A stretch of 64,000 nucleotides of DNA. Source: Octopus bimaculoides (taxonomy: Eukaryota). The notes under the pieces are model-generated. The model saw only the letters and a list, made by a program, of their open reading frames with translations. It did no database searches and had not been told where the DNA came from. Shown in pieces: positions 60,167-64,000 of this stretch. The stretch is from assembly GCF_001194135.2 (NCBI RefSeq), contig NC_069000.1, positions 28,789,818 through 28,853,817 on the forward strand, in the 5' to 3' direction. The stretch's first letter is position 1. Every line of letters starts with the position of its first letter. The position numbers and the translations under genes were made by a program.

Positions 60167-60924
60167 AGGGCAGTGGATTAGTGGAGTCATTAGAGCATCA
60201 GGCAAAATGTTTTATGATATTTCGTTACAGCTCTTTATATTCTAAGTTCAAATCTTGCCAAGGTCAACATCATCATCATCATTATCATCATCATTTAACA
60301 TCTGTTTTCCATGCTGGCCTGGGTTGGACAGTTTGACTGAAAACTGTTAAGCTGGGGGGCTGCACTAGGTTTCAGTCTGATTTGGCATGGTCTCTACAGC
60401 TGGATGCCCTTCCTAATGCCAACTACTCCAAGAGTCTAGTGGGTGCTTTTTACATGCCACTGGTATGGGTGTCAGTTACGAAACACTGGCATCAACCACA
60501 ACTGTGATCTCATTTGGCTTGACAGGTTTTCTCAAGCATGATATATTGCCAAAGGTTTCAGTCACTTGTCACTACCTCCATGAGACCCAAAGTTTGAAGG
60601 GTGCTTTTTGAAACATTTGGTTTCAAATTTTGGCACAAAGTCAGCAACTTCAGGGAAAGGGATAAATTGATTACATAGACCCCAATAATCAACTGGTACT
60701 TATTTTATCAACCTGAAAAGATGGAAAGCAAAGTTGACCCCAGAATGTAAAGTCGGAAGAAATGCTGCTAAGCATTTTGTCTGGCACAGTAACAATTCTG
60801 CCAGCTTGCTGCCTTTGCCAAGGTCAACATTGCCATTCATCCTTCCAGGTTCTATGAAATAAAGTATAAGTCCTGGAATCAATGGCATCAGCAAGCTCCC
60901 TGACCTTCTGCCTAAATTAGAAAC
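60167..60924 (+). mobile_element. SINE S2 split by a 544-bp insertion
   Basis: Head at 60167-60270, remainder at 60831-60924. 16-bp duplication TTGCCAAGGTCAACAT at 60255-60270 and 60815-60830. Confidence 0.85.
60271..60814 (-). mobile_element. Chimeric retroposon: SINE S2 (5') fused to RTE 3' end
   Basis: Minus strand starts at the SINE 5' end AGGCAGCAAGCTGGCAGAA (60814), runs through the SINE to ~60619, then RTE 3'UTR, hairpin and (GAT)n tail. One TSD flanks the whole unit. Confidence 0.85.
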
Positions 60925-60925
60925 A

Positions 60926-62600
60926 GTTATTATCATCGCTATTATCATTATTATTATTAATATTATTACATGCTATATTAGCAGGAATGCTATTTTGAGG
61001 TTTGATAATAACAAGTCTCCTTAAATCTCAATAATCTTTCATAAGATTCTTGTAAAATACAGGATTTCACTTTCCAACAGGTTGACAATACAAGTCTCAA
61101 TTCCAGCATCTTTCAGCTTCTTAAGTAGCAGTTTGCAGTTTTGCTGTGTCAGGAAATATTTGTCACCTTAGTCTTCCACAATCTCTTCATTTCACTGGCT
61201 AAGTCATGATATTTCTCAATTATTTTCAACTTCTTTGTAATTCTTATTCTCTATCACAGCCCCTTGTTCGTTTTCATACCATTTTTCTATTATTTCACAA
61301 CGTCCCAGTGCACTCTCTTACCTACACTATCATGCCTGCATTTATACTCTTTTTATGCTAACTTACTGCTTCCACTCAAGAGATGGCTGATACTTTCATC
61401 TCCTCTCCTACAGATTCTGTATTTGCTTTCTGATTGAATTTTATTAATCTTTGCCTGTTCCTGATCAACTATAATTAGTGCTTCAGTTTCTCATTTCAGG
61501 CTCCATTCATTAGCTACAACCAGCATTCTTTACTTCCAGCACTATAGTCACATAAAGTTTGTTACATGAATTGGCTATGTAATTACTTCTCTTTCCAGCT
61601 ACTTGTTCTGTTGTTCTTTTTTCTGTTCTTGAATACTCCTACTGTTTCAGTAACTTTTTTGGACATTTATAGCTGCTAGTAATATTCTTTCTTTGTTGCA
61701 CACAACATAGTTTTTCAAACCCAATGTTGCAATACTAATGGTGTCTTCTGCATTTAGCAATCCTCTGCTTCCTTCCATTTTTGGTAGATAAAGCTTGCTG
61801 ATATTACTTTTATGAAGATGCACATTGTGCAATGGGAGCAGCTTCCTAGTTCTTCTATCTAAGTTCTGTAACTCTGTCTCTGTCACAAAAAGGAACAGAG
61901 TATCTTAATACTGGCATGGTTCATGTATTCATTGCTTTGATAATATTCTCTCCATTTAATTTTATTTTGAGCACTTTCCTTATTCTTCTCTTATATTACC
62001 TGGAGATTTTTCTCTCTCATCTCTCCTTCCATTATCCTATTGTCTTAAAGCATCCTTAAATACTTGTATCATGTATTTAATCTCAGCAAACTAATGACAT
62101 CATCTTGTAGTAATTTAATACCATCAGGATTTATTTTTTGACATCTCTTCATAATTAACATTATTTATCCCAAACTGCATTCTAGTATCTTTGCTGAATA
62201 ATCTTACTATTTGGCTCAGAAAATCCAGGTCTTTTTCACATTTTGTATATGGTTTGAGGTCATCCACACAAAGCAGGGATTTATTATCACCTTGTAAACT
62301 TGTAAACAGGCCAGGATTTTCTCAGTATGCGTGCCAGAGATTAATACAATGATGAAAAGCAATGAAGAGAGTAAGTCTCCCTGGAATATCCCCCCTGTAT
62401 ATTTTCATGTTTCCTAATGATTCGTTTGTGCATGTTAGTTTCCTCTCTCATTACTTTTTAAAAGAACTCAGTTATTCTTGTCATTGACTCCAAGTCTTCT
62501 AGGTACACCAAGAGCCAGCAGTGTGGAACAATATAAAGCTGATCAAAATTACTCTTGACTCTTTTTGCAATCCTTTTTCTCCTTTGATAATAGATTCTCC
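60926..62600 (-). mobile_element. R4/Dong-like LINE, 5'-truncated, ending in (TAA)n
   Basis: ETELQNLDRRTRKLLPLHNVH..KSNISKLYL...GSRGLL. Homologous to 18800-20100. (TTA)n run at 60926-60968. Confidence 0.8.
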
Positions 62601-63284
62601 TTCTCCAGAGTATTTTTACACTTCATCTGCTATGAGGCCAGTTAATAATTTCCAGAGTAATGTTAAGTATAACTATAACTATTAACTCCTCCATTCTTTT
62701 CTTTGTCCATCTGTACTTTGGATATTTCAACAGTTTTATGTTATTGAAGACTTGTGTGAATTAATAATAATAATAAGTCATAAACATCATATAATTTATT
62801 AAATGGGTGCTACAGTGACATTAAAATTTCATACTTGAGCCAACTTCAAATTTCTCACTTTTTTACTTGTTGAGTCTTACACAGGAATTAGAATAAAACA
62901 AGAACACTTGAACAAATAAAATAAAATAAAAACGCACAAGACATAGCTAATAACTTTCTCACTAATATTAAGGTAAGAAAATCAGCTTGTGATAATTTTC
63001 TAATATATTAAACAAATAAATATAGTTATTACCCCCAGCTTCAAACTAATATTCACATTTAAAATAGCATAAAAATATTAGAATTAAAAAACTTTTTATT
63101 CTTTTTTTATCATATAATCCATACGTGAGTAATTTATTCACACCTTGCTACTGAGAATACACCAAAATCTCTAATTTATTACCTGCTTTGCAAATTCTGT
63201 TGATTGCATACAAATTTCAATTATTAAGACTATGCAATTAAGTAGAATTGATTTTGTATATGCAGGCATTCATTAATTGATGGA

Positions 63285-63420
63285 TAACAAATGTAGGGTG
63301 TGCAAAACTAAAATTGAAGACATCAAGCACATTATTGCCAGCTTCGACAGAATGTCTTCTAAATATTATCCTTACTTGAGGCATGGTGAGGTGACAAGAA
63401 CAGTCTGGAATATAATAAGA
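63285..63420 (+). mobile_element. RLE-LINE zinc-knuckle fragment
   Basis: NKCRVCKTKIEDIKHIIAS....Y..RH.EV.R.VW. Confidence 0.5.
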
Positions 63421-63481
63421 AAAAGGATATTACTAACAGACAAAGTTAACTGTAATTATATGTATGTGTGTGTATATATGT

Positions 63482-63513
<32 letters not shown>

Positions 63514-63695
63514 AAGGTTATGAAGGGTAATGGAGTCAACCAGACCCTAATGATACAGGTAATACCAAGTAAGTGCAGATGTGGTTGTAACGTGAATGGG
63601 GAATATAACATGGGTCATGTATTAGCGTGTGTATATATAAAAAAGAGTGAGATAAAGAGACCAATGGCATAAGTGAATTTATATTTTATGTAGAG

Positions 63696-63746
63696 TGTCT
63701 TACAGCTGTTTCAGAGAAAATTCAATGTATCCCTTCATCGGAGACA
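63696..63746 (-). ncRNA. Minimal hammerhead motif with variant core CCGAUGA
   Basis: Minus strand: TGTCT-CCGATGA-AGGGA(TACATTGAATTT)TCTCT-GAAAC-AGCT-GTA-AGACA. Stem III is the palindrome ACAGCTGT. Confidence 0.75.
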
Positions 63747-63969
63747 GTAATAGTAGAAGATAGAGATTATTACATTTGTATAAGTAGATTTGCACAAAGA
63801 AATGAGAGCGATGCGGAGAAGTAAAAACAAAGAAGAAAAAGTACTTGGATTATAGTTCCATTCCAACAGTAAATATCCATATATAGAATCTGTGTGGGTA
63901 TTCTCCATTGATAATTATAGTTGCTTTAAAGCAACTATAATTATCACTGGAGAATATATATTTAGTATA

Positions 63970-64000
<31 letters not shown>

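Overview
AT-rich, microsatellite-dense eukaryotic DNA with four N-gaps. The repeat repertoire suggests a cephalopod, probably Octopus (inference, not verified). No host protein-coding exon could be supported. Apart from a TE-free first ~3.6 kb that looks like a promoter/5'UTR, the window is a nested graveyard of mobile elements: three Ty3/Gypsy-like LTR elements, several RTE LINEs and their (GAT)n-tailed 3' ends, two Tx1/L1-like LINEs, two R4/Dong-like LINEs, a full-length Tigger, a Chapaev3-like transposon, a piggyBac-type MITE, two or three tRNA-derived SINE families and an interstitial (TTAGGG)n array. Best leads: (1) an LTR element (4036-6502) whose primer-binding position is complementary to the first 12 nt of metazoan tRNA-Phe rather than to a tRNA 3' CCA end, suggesting priming by a 5' tRNA fragment; (2) three Penelope-type minimal hammerhead ribozyme motifs with three different cores, one inside a ~240-bp element with a Pol III B-box-like motif and 26-bp inverted ends; (3) a SINE-head/RTE-tail chimera flanked by a single 16-bp TSD; (4) a Tx1 LINE with a copy of its own 3' end inserted at its YADD codons. 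All alignments were made by eye. TE boundaries without TSD/TIR support are approximate.
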